A DNA stretch of 64,000 nucleotides from positions 105,291-169,290 of the forward strand of contig CAZRBL010000001.1 of NCBI GenBank assembly GCA_964598335.1, given 5' to 3'. The notes under the pieces were generated by a model. It made no database searches, was not told the origin of the DNA, and worked only from the letters and a program-made list of their open reading frames with translations. Below are positions 18,870 through 27,675 of the stretch, piece by piece. Made by a program: the position numbers and the translations under genes. Origin of the DNA: an uncultured Rhodospirillales bacterium. GTDB taxonomy: Bacteria > Pseudomonadota > Alphaproteobacteria > CAZRBL01. How positions within the stretch are numbered: the first letter of the stretch is position 1; each line of letters opens with the position of its first letter.

Positions 18870-19652
18870 ATGGCACAATTCACCCTGCCCAAGAATTCCG
18901 TTGTCGAGAAGGGCGAGACGCATGATTTCGCCGGCCCCGACGCGAAGAACACGCGCAGCTTCCTCGTCTATCGCTGGAACCCGGATGATGACGCGAATCC
19001 GCGTCTGGATAAATTCATCATCGATCTCGACGAGGTCGGGCCGATGGTTCTGGACGCGCTGATCTACATCAAGAACAAGGTCGACAGCACGCTGACCTTT
19101 CGGCGGTCATGCCGTGAGGGGATTTGCGGTTCCTGCGCGATGAATATCGACGGCAAGAACGCGCTTGCCTGCACCACCGGCATCGATGAGGTGAAGGGCG
19201 ACGTCAAGATCTACCCGCTGCCGCATATGGACGTTGTCAAGGATCTGGTGCCCGACCTCACCCTCGCCTATGCCCAGCTTGCCTCGGTTGAGCCGTGGAT
19301 GAAAACCGATAGCCCGCCGCCGACGCGCGAAAGGCTGCAAAGCCCTGAAGAGCGGGAAAAACTCGATGGGCTGTACGAGTGTATCCTGTGCTTCTGCTGC
19401 CAGACCTCCTGCCCCAGCTATTGGTGGAATCAGGACCGCTATCTGGGCCCGGCCGTGCTGCTGCAGGCGCATCGCTGGATCGAGGACAGTCGCGATGAGG
19501 CCACCGGCGAGCGGCTCGACGCGCTGGAAGATCCGTTCAAGCTCTATCGCTGCCACACCATCATGAACTGCACCAGCGTCTGCCCGAAGGGCCTGAATCC
19601 GGCCAAGGCAATCAGCGAGATCAAACAGAAAATGGTGCAGCGGAAGGTTTGA
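18870..19652 (+). CDS. sdhB: Succinate dehydrogenase / fumarate reductase iron-sulfur subunit
   Basis: 2Fe-2S motif ([11 protein letters not shown]). 4Fe-4S motif ([12 protein letters not shown]). 3Fe-4S motif ([14 protein letters not shown]). 260 aa. Confidence 0.9.
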   Translation: MAQFTLPKNSVVEKGETHDFAGPDAKNTRSFLVYRWNPDDDANPRLDKFIIDLDEVGPMVLDALIYIKNKVDSTLTFRRSCREGICGSCAMNIDGKNALACTTGIDEVKGDVKIYPLPHMDVVKDLVPDLTLAYAQLASVEPWMKTDSPPPTRERLQSPEEREKLDGLYECILCFCCQTSCPSYWWNQDRYLGPAVLLQAHRWIEDSRDEATGERLDALEDPFKLYRCHTIMNCTSVCPKGLNPAKAISEIKQKMVQRKV

Positions 19653-19783
19653 GGCGTGTCGGAGATAGTATTCACCGTCACCCCGGAAACGCACAGCGTT
19701 ATCCGGGGGCTATAACGTGGACCGATCGGCCTGCATGGATCCCGGCTTTCGCTGAGCTCGGCCGGGATGACGCGCCGATGCTG

Positions 19784-21229
19784 TCAGCCCTGCGCCGCGA
19801 ACCACCACGGGTTCAGCGGCGGGCCGCCCTGGTTGACGATATTGAGCTGGGTGCGGACGAAGCGGCGGATTGAGGCGGGGCCCATGCGGCTTTGACCCAT
19901 GCCGCTCAGGCCGAAGGCCTGATTCTCACCCTCCCACATCACGGCTGTCAGGGTCGTGTCATTGATCGAGATGGCACCTGCCTGCATCGCGGCGGCGACG
20001 CGGCGGCATTGTTCGAGGTCACCGCCCCAGACACTGCCGCTGAGGCCGTAGCTCGTGTCATTGGCCAGCCGGATCGCTTCGGCCTCGCTGTCAAACGGCA
20101 TCACCGGCAGGATCGGGCCGAAGGTCTCGTCCTGCATCAGGCGCATGGAGTGATCGACATTGGTCAGCACCGTCGGCTGGCAATAAAGGCCGCCGCCCAG
20201 CGTTTCGATGCTGCCGCCTGTCAGCACCTTCGCCCCCTTGGCCAGCGCGTCGTCGAGATGCGCCTGGATAATGGCTGCCTGCTTGTCAAAGATGATCGGC
20301 CCGAGATGGCCATCGGCCGGATCCGGAAAGGCAAAGCGAATGCTTTCGACCTGCGGGATCAGCGCCGTCAGAAACGCATCATGGATCGAGCGATCTACAT
20401 AGATACGTTCGATCGACTGGCAGGCGGCGCCGTGATTGGTCGTCGAGCCCCAGGCCAGCCCGGCGGCGGCCTTTTCGATGTCGGTGCCGGGCAGCAGCAC
20501 TGCCGCATCCTTGCCGCCCAGTTCGAGAAAGCAGGGAATGAAATTCTGCGCCGCCTGCACCGCCACCTTGCGGCCGGTCGCGACGCTGCCGGTGAAAACC
20601 ACCATGTCCACCCGGTCGATCAGCGCCTGACCGGTCTCGCCGTCGCCGTCGATGTAAGTGAGGATGCCGTTAAGCTCTGGCACAGACTCAAGCACATGCC
20701 GCATGGCACCCGCAAAGCGCGGGGTTATTTCGCTGGGTTTGATGATCACCGCGCTGCCGGCGATCAATGCCGGGATGGCGTCGAGCAGCGACAGCAGCAG
20801 CGGGAAATTCCACGGGCTGATCACCCCGACCAGCGGATAGGGCGGCAGATTGCCGTCCAGCGTCAGGAAGGGGATCGCCGTGCTGCGGTCGCGATAGGGC
20901 TGCAATTCGCCCGGCCCCATCTCGGCCCAGCGATGGATGATATCGATCACCCCATCGAATTCGATCATCGTTTCGCGCAGCCGCCCCGTATCGGCGAACA
21001 GCGCATCGGTAACGGCGTCTTTCTCCGCCCCCATCGCCGCCGCCAGCTGCTTCAGCGCCGCAACCCGCCCCTCGGCCCCCAGCGCCTGCCAAGCCGGCTG
21101 CGCCTCGCGCGCGGCCCGGCACAACGCATCCAGTGACAGGTTATCGGGCGGGGTGATCGTGTAATCACGCTTGCCGGTGCGCGGATTGCGGACCGTAAGG
21201 CTGTCGGCGCCTGGTTCACGATGATCCAT
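19784..21229 (-). CDS. NAD(P)-dependent aldehyde dehydrogenase
   Basis: Catalytic Glu in the ELGGK motif. Catalytic Cys (GAACQSIERIYV). GSVATG cofactor motif. Start taken at MDHREPG. Confidence 0.85.
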   Translation of the reverse strand: MDHREPGADSLTVRNPRTGKRDYTITPPDNLSLDALCRAAREAQPAWQALGAEGRVAALKQLAAAMGAEKDAVTDALFADTGRLRETMIEFDGVIDIIHRWAEMGPGELQPYRDRSTAIPFLTLDGNLPPYPLVGVISPWNFPLLLSLLDAIPALIAGSAVIIKPSEITPRFAGAMRHVLESVPELNGILTYIDGDGETGQALIDRVDMVVFTGSVATGRKVAVQAAQNFIPCFLELGGKDAAVLLPGTDIEKAAAGLAWGSTTNHGAACQSIERIYVDRSIHDAFLTALIPQVESIRFAFPDPADGHLGPIIFDKQAAIIQAHLDDALAKGAKVLTGGSIETLGGGLYCQPTVLTNVDHSMRLMQDETFGPILPVMPFDSEAEAIRLANDTSYGLSGSVWGGDLEQCRRVAAAMQAGAISINDTTLTAVMWEGENQAFGLSGMGQSRMGPASIRRFVRTQLNIVNQGGPPLNPWWFAAQG

Positions 21230-21433
21230 GGTAATCCCCTTAATCGGTAAGCCTCCCGCGTTTCCCCTAGACAAGGCCTTAAGCCGATCTTACTTGCTGC
21301 GCTTGGCCGGGTCGATTGCATACAGCGACGGATAGAGCGCGAAGCAGAGGCCGACCCCGCCGATTAACCGAACGGATTGTTCCGAACCGGCGCACAAAGC
21401 CGGATGTCGGCCTGTCAGGGAGATATGAGACGG

Positions 21434-23509
21434 ATGAGTTCTGCTGCGCAACCCAGCTATCGTCTTGGCGTCGATGTCGGCGGCACCTTTACCGATTTGC
21501 TGCTGATCGATGAAAGCAACGGCCACACCTTCACCGCCAAGGTCCCCTCGACGCCGGCCGACAGCTCGATCGGCGTGATGAACGGGATCGAGAAAATCTG
21601 CCAGACGGCGGGAATCGATCCGGGCCACATCTCTTATGTGATGCACGGCACCACGGTCGCGACCAACACGGTGCTGACCGAGCGCGGCGCCAAGGTCGGG
21701 CTGATCGTCACCAAGGGTTATCACCACATTCTGCAGATCGCGCGGTCCTTCGTGCCGGGCGGCCTAGGCGGCTGGGTGATCTATAACAAGCGCCCGCCGC
21801 TGGCGCCGCTGGAGCTGACCATCGAAGCGCATGAGCGGATGGACGCCCAGGGCAACACCGTCGAGGCCCTCGATGAGGCGGCGCTGCGCAAGGAGCTGCA
21901 AGTCCTCAAGGATGAAGGCGTCGAGGCTGTGACCGTGTCACTGATCAACGCCTATACCAATGGCGCGCATGAACAGGCCGTGCGCAAGGTTGTCGAGGAA
22001 GAAATGCCCGGCGTCCCGGTCTCGCTGTCCAGCGAAGTCATCCCCGAGATGATGGAATATGAGCGCGCCGAAACCACCGTGGTGAACAGCTATGTCCGCC
22101 CGGTCGTCTCGAAATACATCAACAATCTGACCCACCAGCTCGAGCAGAAAATGGGCGGCGTCAAGCTGTCCATCCTGCGCTCCGACGGCGGTCTCGCCGG
22201 CGCCGACAATGCCAAGGATGCGCCGGTCAATCTGCTGCTGTCCGGCCCGGCCGGCGGTGTCGCAGGCGCGATGTGGATGGTCGGCCAGGCGGGCTACAAG
22301 AATTTGCTGACCTTCGATATGGGCGGCACCTCGACCGATGTGGCGTTGATCCAGGACGGGGTTGCGCAAAAACGGCGCGAGACCCGCGTCGGCGACGTCA
22401 CCGTGCGCGCCAGCTCGATCGATGTGCGGACCGTCGGGGCCGGCGGCGGCTCGATCGCCTATGTGCCCGAGCTGACCAAGGCGCTGCGCGTCGGCCCGCA
22501 AAGCGCCGGCGCCGATCCCGGCCCGGCCGCCTATATGAAGGGCGGCGAGGAGCCGACGGTGACCGACGCCAATGTCGTGCTGGGCTATCTGCCGGCCGAT
22601 GCCAAGCTGGGCGGCGATATGAAGATCGACCGCGGGCTGGCCGAAAAAGCCGTGCAAAAGGTCGCCGATGCGCTGGGCCTGTCGCTGATGGAAGCGGCCG
22701 AGGGCATCATCCGCATCGTCAATGAAAACATGTTCGGCGCGCTGCGCCTGGTTTCGGTCGAGCAGGGCTATGACCCGCGCGATTTCGCGCTGGTCGGCTT
22801 TGGCGGCGCCGGGCCGCTGCATGCCAATGCGCTGGGCATCCTGTCCGGCGCCTGGCCGGTGATCGTGCCGCCGGGGCCGGGCGTGCTGTGTGCCCGCGGC
22901 GATGCCACCACCCGGATCCGCGACGAAGCCTCACGCACCTTTGTCAGCCGTGTCGGCAATACCAGCGATGCCGAGGTTCTGAGCATGCTCGAAGAGCTGG
23001 AGGCCCAGGCGCGCAAGACGCTGAGCGCCGATGACATTGCCGAGGCCGATCAGGAAATCGAATATGAAGTCGATATGCGCTATGCCGGTCAGGCGCTGAA
23101 GATCACCATCACGATCTCGCCCGAAGACTTCAAATCCGGCGGTCTGGCCAAGATCGGCAAGGATTTCGACGCGCAGCACGAGCAGCTCTTCACCTTTGCG
23201 CTGGATGCAGAGCATGAGCTGGTCAATCTGCGCGCCGTGGCGATGGGCAAGGCGACCAGCGTCAAGGCCGAAACCCTGCCGCAGACCGATGGCGACATCT
23301 CGGGCGCCGTCATTCACGAGCACAAAGTGTTCTATGACGGCAAGGAATGGCCGTGTAACATCTATGACCGCGGCAAGCTCAAGGCCGGTGATAAAATCGA
23401 GGGCGCGGCGATTGTTTCGGAAATGGATTCGACGACATTGATCCTTCCGGGTTACGTTGCCGAGATCGAGCCCTATGGCAACATGCTGATCAACCCGATT
23501 AAAGGTTAA
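21434..23509 (+). CDS. hyuA: Hydantoinase / oxoprolinase family, A (HyuA) subunit
   Basis: N-terminal LGVDVGGTFTD hydantoinase_A signature. ~690 aa. ATG at 21434 (21425 is also possible). Confidence 0.85.
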   Translation: MSSAAQPSYRLGVDVGGTFTDLLLIDESNGHTFTAKVPSTPADSSIGVMNGIEKICQTAGIDPGHISYVMHGTTVATNTVLTERGAKVGLIVTKGYHHILQIARSFVPGGLGGWVIYNKRPPLAPLELTIEAHERMDAQGNTVEALDEAALRKELQVLKDEGVEAVTVSLINAYTNGAHEQAVRKVVEEEMPGVPVSLSSEVIPEMMEYERAETTVVNSYVRPVVSKYINNLTHQLEQKMGGVKLSILRSDGGLAGADNAKDAPVNLLLSGPAGGVAGAMWMVGQAGYKNLLTFDMGGTSTDVALIQDGVAQKRRETRVGDVTVRASSIDVRTVGAGGGSIAYVPELTKALRVGPQSAGADPGPAAYMKGGEEPTVTDANVVLGYLPADAKLGGDMKIDRGLAEKAVQKVADALGLSLMEAAEGIIRIVNENMFGALRLVSVEQGYDPRDFALVGFGGAGPLHANALGILSGAWPVIVPPGPGVLCARGDATTRIRDEASRTFVSRVGNTSDAEVLSMLEELEAQARKTLSADDIAEADQEIEYEVDMRYAGQALKITITISPEDFKSGGLAKIGKDFDAQHEQLFTFALDAEHELVNLRAVAMGKATSVKAETLPQTDGDISGAVIHEHKVFYDGKEWPCNIYDRGKLKAGDKIEGAAIVSEMDSTTLILPGYVAEIEPYGNMLINPIKG

Positions 23510-23520
23510 GAGTTAGACAC

Positions 23521-23613
23521 CGGTCCGCCCCTCACCCCCGCCCCGCCTCCCCTCTACAGGATACTTGCAGGGGAAGCGGGGCGGGGGTGAGGGGCGGACC
23601 GGCCCCGACGCCA
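23521..23613. repeat. GC-rich palindromic intergenic element (REP-like), copy C
   Basis: 25-bp perfect inverted repeat cggtccgcccctcacccccgccccgc / gcggggcgggggtgaggggcggaccg flanking cccctctacaggatacttgcagggg. Sits between hyuA and hyuB. Confidence 0.65.
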
Positions 23614-23627
23614 GGAGGCTAGAAGAA

Positions 23628-25520
23628 ATGCCAGCCAAGCTTATTCAGACCAACGACACCCCCTTCGCCAAGGTCGACGTTGATCCGGTCACGCTCGACA
23701 TTATCGAAAACGCGCTGCGCAACACGCGGACAGAAATGGACGCGGTGCTGTTCCGGACGGCGATGAGCCCCGGCATCCGCGAACAGGGCGATGCCTTTCC
23801 GATGATCGCCAATCAGGACGGCAAGATGGTCGTCGGCCAGTTCGGCAGCTTCATCCACGGCTTCACCCAGGCCTATGACGGCACGATCGAGGAAGGCGAC
23901 ATCTTCCTGACCAATGATCCCTATTCCTGCGCCGGCGCCATCAGCCACCTCAATGACTGGCTGACCATCAAGCCGATTTTCCGCAATGGCCGCCTGGTCG
24001 GCTGGGCCGCGATGTTCGGCCATTTGACCGATGTCGGCGGCAAGGTGCCGGGCAGCCTGCCGGTCGATGCGCACCAGATTTTCGAGGAAGGCATCCAGAT
24101 TCCGCCGACCAAGATCGTCAAGGGCGGCGAGATGAATCAGGAAGTCCTCGATCTGATCCTGCGCAATTGCCGCATGCCGCAATGGAACAAATCGGATTTC
24201 AACGCCATCCTGGCCGGTTTGCGCCTCGCCCAGCGCCGCATTGACGAGATGTGCGACCGCTTCGGCGATGACGTCTATGTCGAAGCCATGGAGCTGATGC
24301 TGCAGCGGAACTATGATGCGATGAAGGAAATCATCGCCATGGTGGTGCCGACCGAAAAGCGGACCTTCGAGGATTATATCGACGATGACGGCGTCGGCAT
24401 GGGCCCCTACAAGGTGTCCTGCACGATGTGGCGCGAGGGCGACAAGGCGATCTTCGATTTCGCCGGCACCGACCCGCAATCGATGAGCTCGGTGAACTTC
24501 TACCTCAATGAGGAGATGTTCAAGATGTTCCTCGGCGCCTTCACCATCAATCTGTTCGACCCGCAGATCCTGTTCAATGACGGGTTCTACGATCTGGTCG
24601 ATGTCCGCATCCCCGAAGGCACCATCCTCAAGCCGCGCCGCCCCGCCGCGCTGTCCTGCCGGACCCATATGCTGGGCCGGATTTTCGACATCATGGGCGG
24701 CCTGCTGGGTCAGGGGAATCCGGACGCGCTGAACGCCGCCGGTTTCTCCGACAGCCCGCACTTCATGTATTCCGGCTATTACCGCGACAGCGGCGAGTGG
24801 TACCAGCTCTATCAGATCGGCTTTGGCGGCATTCCCGGTCGGCCGGGTGGCGACGGCCCCGACGGGCACAGCCTGTGGCCGAGCTTCAAGAACGTGCCGA
24901 ATGAGCACCTCGAAGCCTATTTCCCGCTGCGCATCAGCACCTATGAAACCATCGCCGATAGCGGCGGCGCCGGCCTGCACCGCGGCGGCAATGGCGTGCG
25001 CATGGGCTATACCTTCCTCGAGCCCGGCGAGATCAGCATCCATGACGACCGCTGGCTGACCCATCCCTGGGGCGTCAATGGCGGCCACCCGGGCAAGCGC
25101 TCGGAAAAGATCATGGTCCGCGCCGATGGCAGCGAGGAGAAATTCCCCTCGAAAATGGACCATGTGAAGGTCGAACCCGGCGACACGCTGTATTTCAACA
25201 CCTGGGGCGGCGGCGGCTGGGGCGACCCGCTTGAGCGTCCGGCCGAACAGGTCGCCCTCGATGTCCGCCGCAAGCTGGTCACCCAGGAAGGCGCCAAGCG
25301 CTATGGCGTCGTCGTCCGTGACGATTTCACCGTCGACGAGCCGGCCACGGCGGCTCTGCGCGAGCGCATCAGAAGCGAACGCGGCGAGCTGCCGCTCTTC
25401 GACCGCGGCGGCACCGTCGAGGAACTCAAGGCCCGCTGCAAAGCAGAAACCGGCTTCGAGCCCCCCAAGACCCCCGTCTTCCAAAGCTTCCACCAGCCGG
25501 TGGCCGAAGCCGCTGAGTAG
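23628..25520 (+). CDS. hyuB: Hydantoinase / oxoprolinase family, B (HyuB) subunit
   Basis: ATG at 23628 preceded by AGGAGG. Hydantoinase_B-like throughout. ~630 aa. Confidence 0.85.
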   Translation: MPAKLIQTNDTPFAKVDVDPVTLDIIENALRNTRTEMDAVLFRTAMSPGIREQGDAFPMIANQDGKMVVGQFGSFIHGFTQAYDGTIEEGDIFLTNDPYSCAGAISHLNDWLTIKPIFRNGRLVGWAAMFGHLTDVGGKVPGSLPVDAHQIFEEGIQIPPTKIVKGGEMNQEVLDLILRNCRMPQWNKSDFNAILAGLRLAQRRIDEMCDRFGDDVYVEAMELMLQRNYDAMKEIIAMVVPTEKRTFEDYIDDDGVGMGPYKVSCTMWREGDKAIFDFAGTDPQSMSSVNFYLNEEMFKMFLGAFTINLFDPQILFNDGFYDLVDVRIPEGTILKPRRPAALSCRTHMLGRIFDIMGGLLGQGNPDALNAAGFSDSPHFMYSGYYRDSGEWYQLYQIGFGGIPGRPGGDGPDGHSLWPSFKNVPNEHLEAYFPLRISTYETIADSGGAGLHRGGNGVRMGYTFLEPGEISIHDDRWLTHPWGVNGGHPGKRSEKIMVRADGSEEKFPSKMDHVKVEPGDTLYFNTWGGGGWGDPLERPAEQVALDVRRKLVTQEGAKRYGVVVRDDFTVDEPATAALRERIRSERGELPLFDRGGTVEELKARCKAETGFEPPKTPVFQSFHQPVAEAAE

Positions 25521-25540
25521 GCCGCAACACTTCCGACATC

Positions 25541-25575
25541 AAAAAGGCGGGGCCAGTCCCCGCCTTTTTTGTTTT
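25541..25575. terminator. Bidirectional rho-independent terminator
   Basis: aaaaaGGCGGGGccagtCCCCGCCttttttt. An A-run and a T-run flank a 7-bp GC stem. It can terminate both hyuB (+) and the KAP NTPase gene (-). Confidence 0.7.
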
Positions 25576-25592
25576 GGAGATGCTGCGTGACC

Positions 25593-26933
25593 TCAATCCG
25601 AAGTCACGAACATACTCATGCGCTGTGCAACGGTGCGAGGTGGCTCAGCGCCACCAAATTCGGGTTCTTCAAAAAGCCCTTGCATAGCTATGTCATCGTC
25701 TTCATTCAGCGGCTTGTCGCCCAATGCAGCCCGCCACCAACGGCAGATATGACTTACCCTGCCACCTTGATCCATTACCGGGAGAGGGATTGCCTTGTGA
25801 AATTGCTCCCACGACAATTCGTCATTCGCACATTGTAGGAACAAAGCTGGCTCCCGAAGCGATAGGCAGGCGGTGCCAATAATTATTGGTGGTGCTGATC
25901 GGATGCCATTGCCACACGAAAGAACGTAAAGGCGAGACAGTTGAGCCACACGCTCCATTTCTCTGAGTGAGAGGTCAAGCAAGGCGGAGAATTTTTCTAA
26001 GCTCCACGGAAATGAGTCTCTGCCAAATTGTCGTGATTTTGTTTCATTCTCGTAGGTGTTTTCAAAAAGGTATTTTGAAAAAAGTCGGTGCTTATTTCTA
26101 TCTCTTTTTCCTAGGGATTGTCCGATATTAAACTTGAAGTCTACGTATTTTTCTAAATAGCTTCGGTGCTCGTAAAGGTGGTTGATAGAACGATCAAAAA
26201 AATCTGTATTACAGCCGATGATAATTTTAATTTCTTTTGTAGAAAATATATGTTTGCAACATTGAAGTATATCTAGGGCAAATTTTGTGTCGCAGCGGTC
26301 TAGCTCGTCGATGATGACTATGATTTTTTGGTCTTCTTTTTTTAGCTCGCTTAAGCTGTTTTTGAATTCATCGAGTGCGGATTCTTTCTGCGAATATGCC
26401 TCAATGCTACGGACGAATAGAGTTCGTTCAGGGTTGGGGTCGTCAGTACGGGCCTTGTTGATAGCGTCGAAAACTGCATCTACATCTTCACGCTGAATTT
26501 GGCCAAGGGTCGCCGCACTCACGCCCACAGCCAAAGCAGCACTGCCTGCGGCGCTTGCTAGCCGACCGGCCTTTTTCAGGAATTCGCCACGAGCATTAGC
26601 CTTGTCTGAAGCAAGGCCTCGTTCGTCCAGATGCGCAAGCAGTTTCCCACATAATGCGACAAAAGCATTATTGTGAAAATCCAGTTCTGATGCATCGAAG
26701 TATAGACAATCAATGCCTTTCGCTCGTTTGATAAGGCGCCGTAAGAAAATGGTCTTCCCGGAACCCCAAGCTCCTTCTACAGCACAAACGATTGGATCTT
26801 CAGCGCGAGCCAAGAGGTTTATTAAGGCGTCAGCGCGGGGGTTGTCGCCAAAGATGTCGGCGGCGTCGGAAAAGTCATCAAAGGGTGGTGGTTTCAGACG
26901 GAGTTTCCTGTCGTCTTCTTCTGTCTCATCCAT
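25593..26933 (-). CDS. KAP-family P-loop NTPase (PifA-like), horizontally acquired
   Basis: KAP hallmarks are present. Walker A is GAWGSGKT. Walker B is IIVIIDELDRC. The N-terminus is KAP-like (DIFGDNPRADALINLL). The body of the gene is ~38-50% GC in a ~65% GC background. The start is chosen at MDETEEDD (26933). The 61 upstream codons of the track ORF overlap a GC-rich nested-IR element and read as Pro-rich low complexity. Confidence 0.8.
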   Translation of the reverse strand: MDETEEDDRKLRLKPPPFDDFSDAADIFGDNPRADALINLLARAEDPIVCAVEGAWGSGKTIFLRRLIKRAKGIDCLYFDASELDFHNNAFVALCGKLLAHLDERGLASDKANARGEFLKKAGRLASAAGSAALAVGVSAATLGQIQREDVDAVFDAINKARTDDPNPERTLFVRSIEAYSQKESALDEFKNSLSELKKEDQKIIVIIDELDRCDTKFALDILQCCKHIFSTKEIKIIIGCNTDFFDRSINHLYEHRSYLEKYVDFKFNIGQSLGKRDRNKHRLFSKYLFENTYENETKSRQFGRDSFPWSLEKFSALLDLSLREMERVAQLSRLYVLSCGNGIRSAPPIIIGTACLSLREPALFLQCANDELSWEQFHKAIPLPVMDQGGRVSHICRWWRAALGDKPLNEDDDIAMQGLFEEPEFGGAEPPRTVAQRMSMFVTSD

Positions 26934-26940
26934 TGGTTGA

Positions 26941-27095
26941 GTTTCGGTCAGGGCTTGAGTCGGCGCAAGCCCGTTTCTCGTCATTGCGAGGAGCGGTGTC
27001 GGAGACACCGGCGACGCGGCAATCCAGAGATATTGCCCGCCCGGCACCGGTCCTGGATTGCCGCGCCGGCTTTGCCGGCTCGCAATGACGGTTGG
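26941..27095. repeat. Structured nested inverted-repeat element
   Basis: gggcttg/caagccc hairpin. Outer 12-bp IR cgtcattgcgag / ctcgcaatgacg (26978..27090). It encloses cggtgtc-gga-gacaccg, the 12-bp IR gcggcaatccag / ctggattgccgc, and gccggc-ttt-gccggc. Confidence 0.55.
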
Positions 27096-27159
27096 CGGCA
27101 AAGGGGAGTGAGGCAAAAAGGGTGCAGTCCATCGAGGCGATAGCGCCGTAAATCCTCAC

Positions 27160-27552
27160 ATGACTGATACACCCACCGACCGCCCCACCGTCTTCTATAA
27201 CGGCGCCTGCCCGATCTGTTCGGCTGAGATTGCGCATTATCGGGCCTTGCCCAATGATCTCGACTGGGTCGATGTCCGGGCCGAACCCGACCGGGCAGCG
27301 CCGTGGCTGGATGCGGACAGCGCCATCCGGCGGCTGCATACGCTGACCGTGGATGGCCGGCTGCTGGCCGGGGTCGATGCGTTCATCGCCATGTGGGAAC
27401 GGATTCCGCGCTATCGGCTGGCGGCGAAAATCGTCCGCCTGCCGGTGATCCGGCAGATCGGCATTGCGGTCTATGAGGGCGTGCTGGCGCCGCTGCTCTA
27501 TCGCTGGAACAAACGCCGCGAGGCGCGGGCCGGCATGCATGGTGCCGGCTGA
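27160..27552 (+). CDS. DCC-family thiol-disulfide oxidoreductase (DUF393)
   Basis: N-terminal FYNGACPICSAEIAHY with a CxxC motif. ~130 aa. The -strand ORF 26926..27633 is its shadow. Confidence 0.7.
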   Translation: MTDTPTDRPTVFYNGACPICSAEIAHYRALPNDLDWVDVRAEPDRAAPWLDADSAIRRLHTLTVDGRLLAGVDAFIAMWERIPRYRLAAKIVRLPVIRQIGIAVYEGVLAPLLYRWNKRREARAGMHGAG

Positions 27553-27675
27553 TCGCCAATGCGTTTCCAGCCATGCGCCGCGGTCGTCATTGCCGTTGCT
27601 GAATGCGCCCTTTGCGTCGCCGCGACGGGGCATTGCCCTCGCTCATGACGCTGTCGGCGACAGTCGTCACGCGGG

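Noticed and set aside
26934-27116. 61-codon N-terminal extension of the KAP NTPase ORF
   Set aside because: It overlaps the GC-rich nested inverted-repeat element and translates to Pro-rich low complexity (MPHSPLPPTVIASRQSRRGNPGPVPGG...). The KAP-type N-terminus begins at MDETEEDD (26933).
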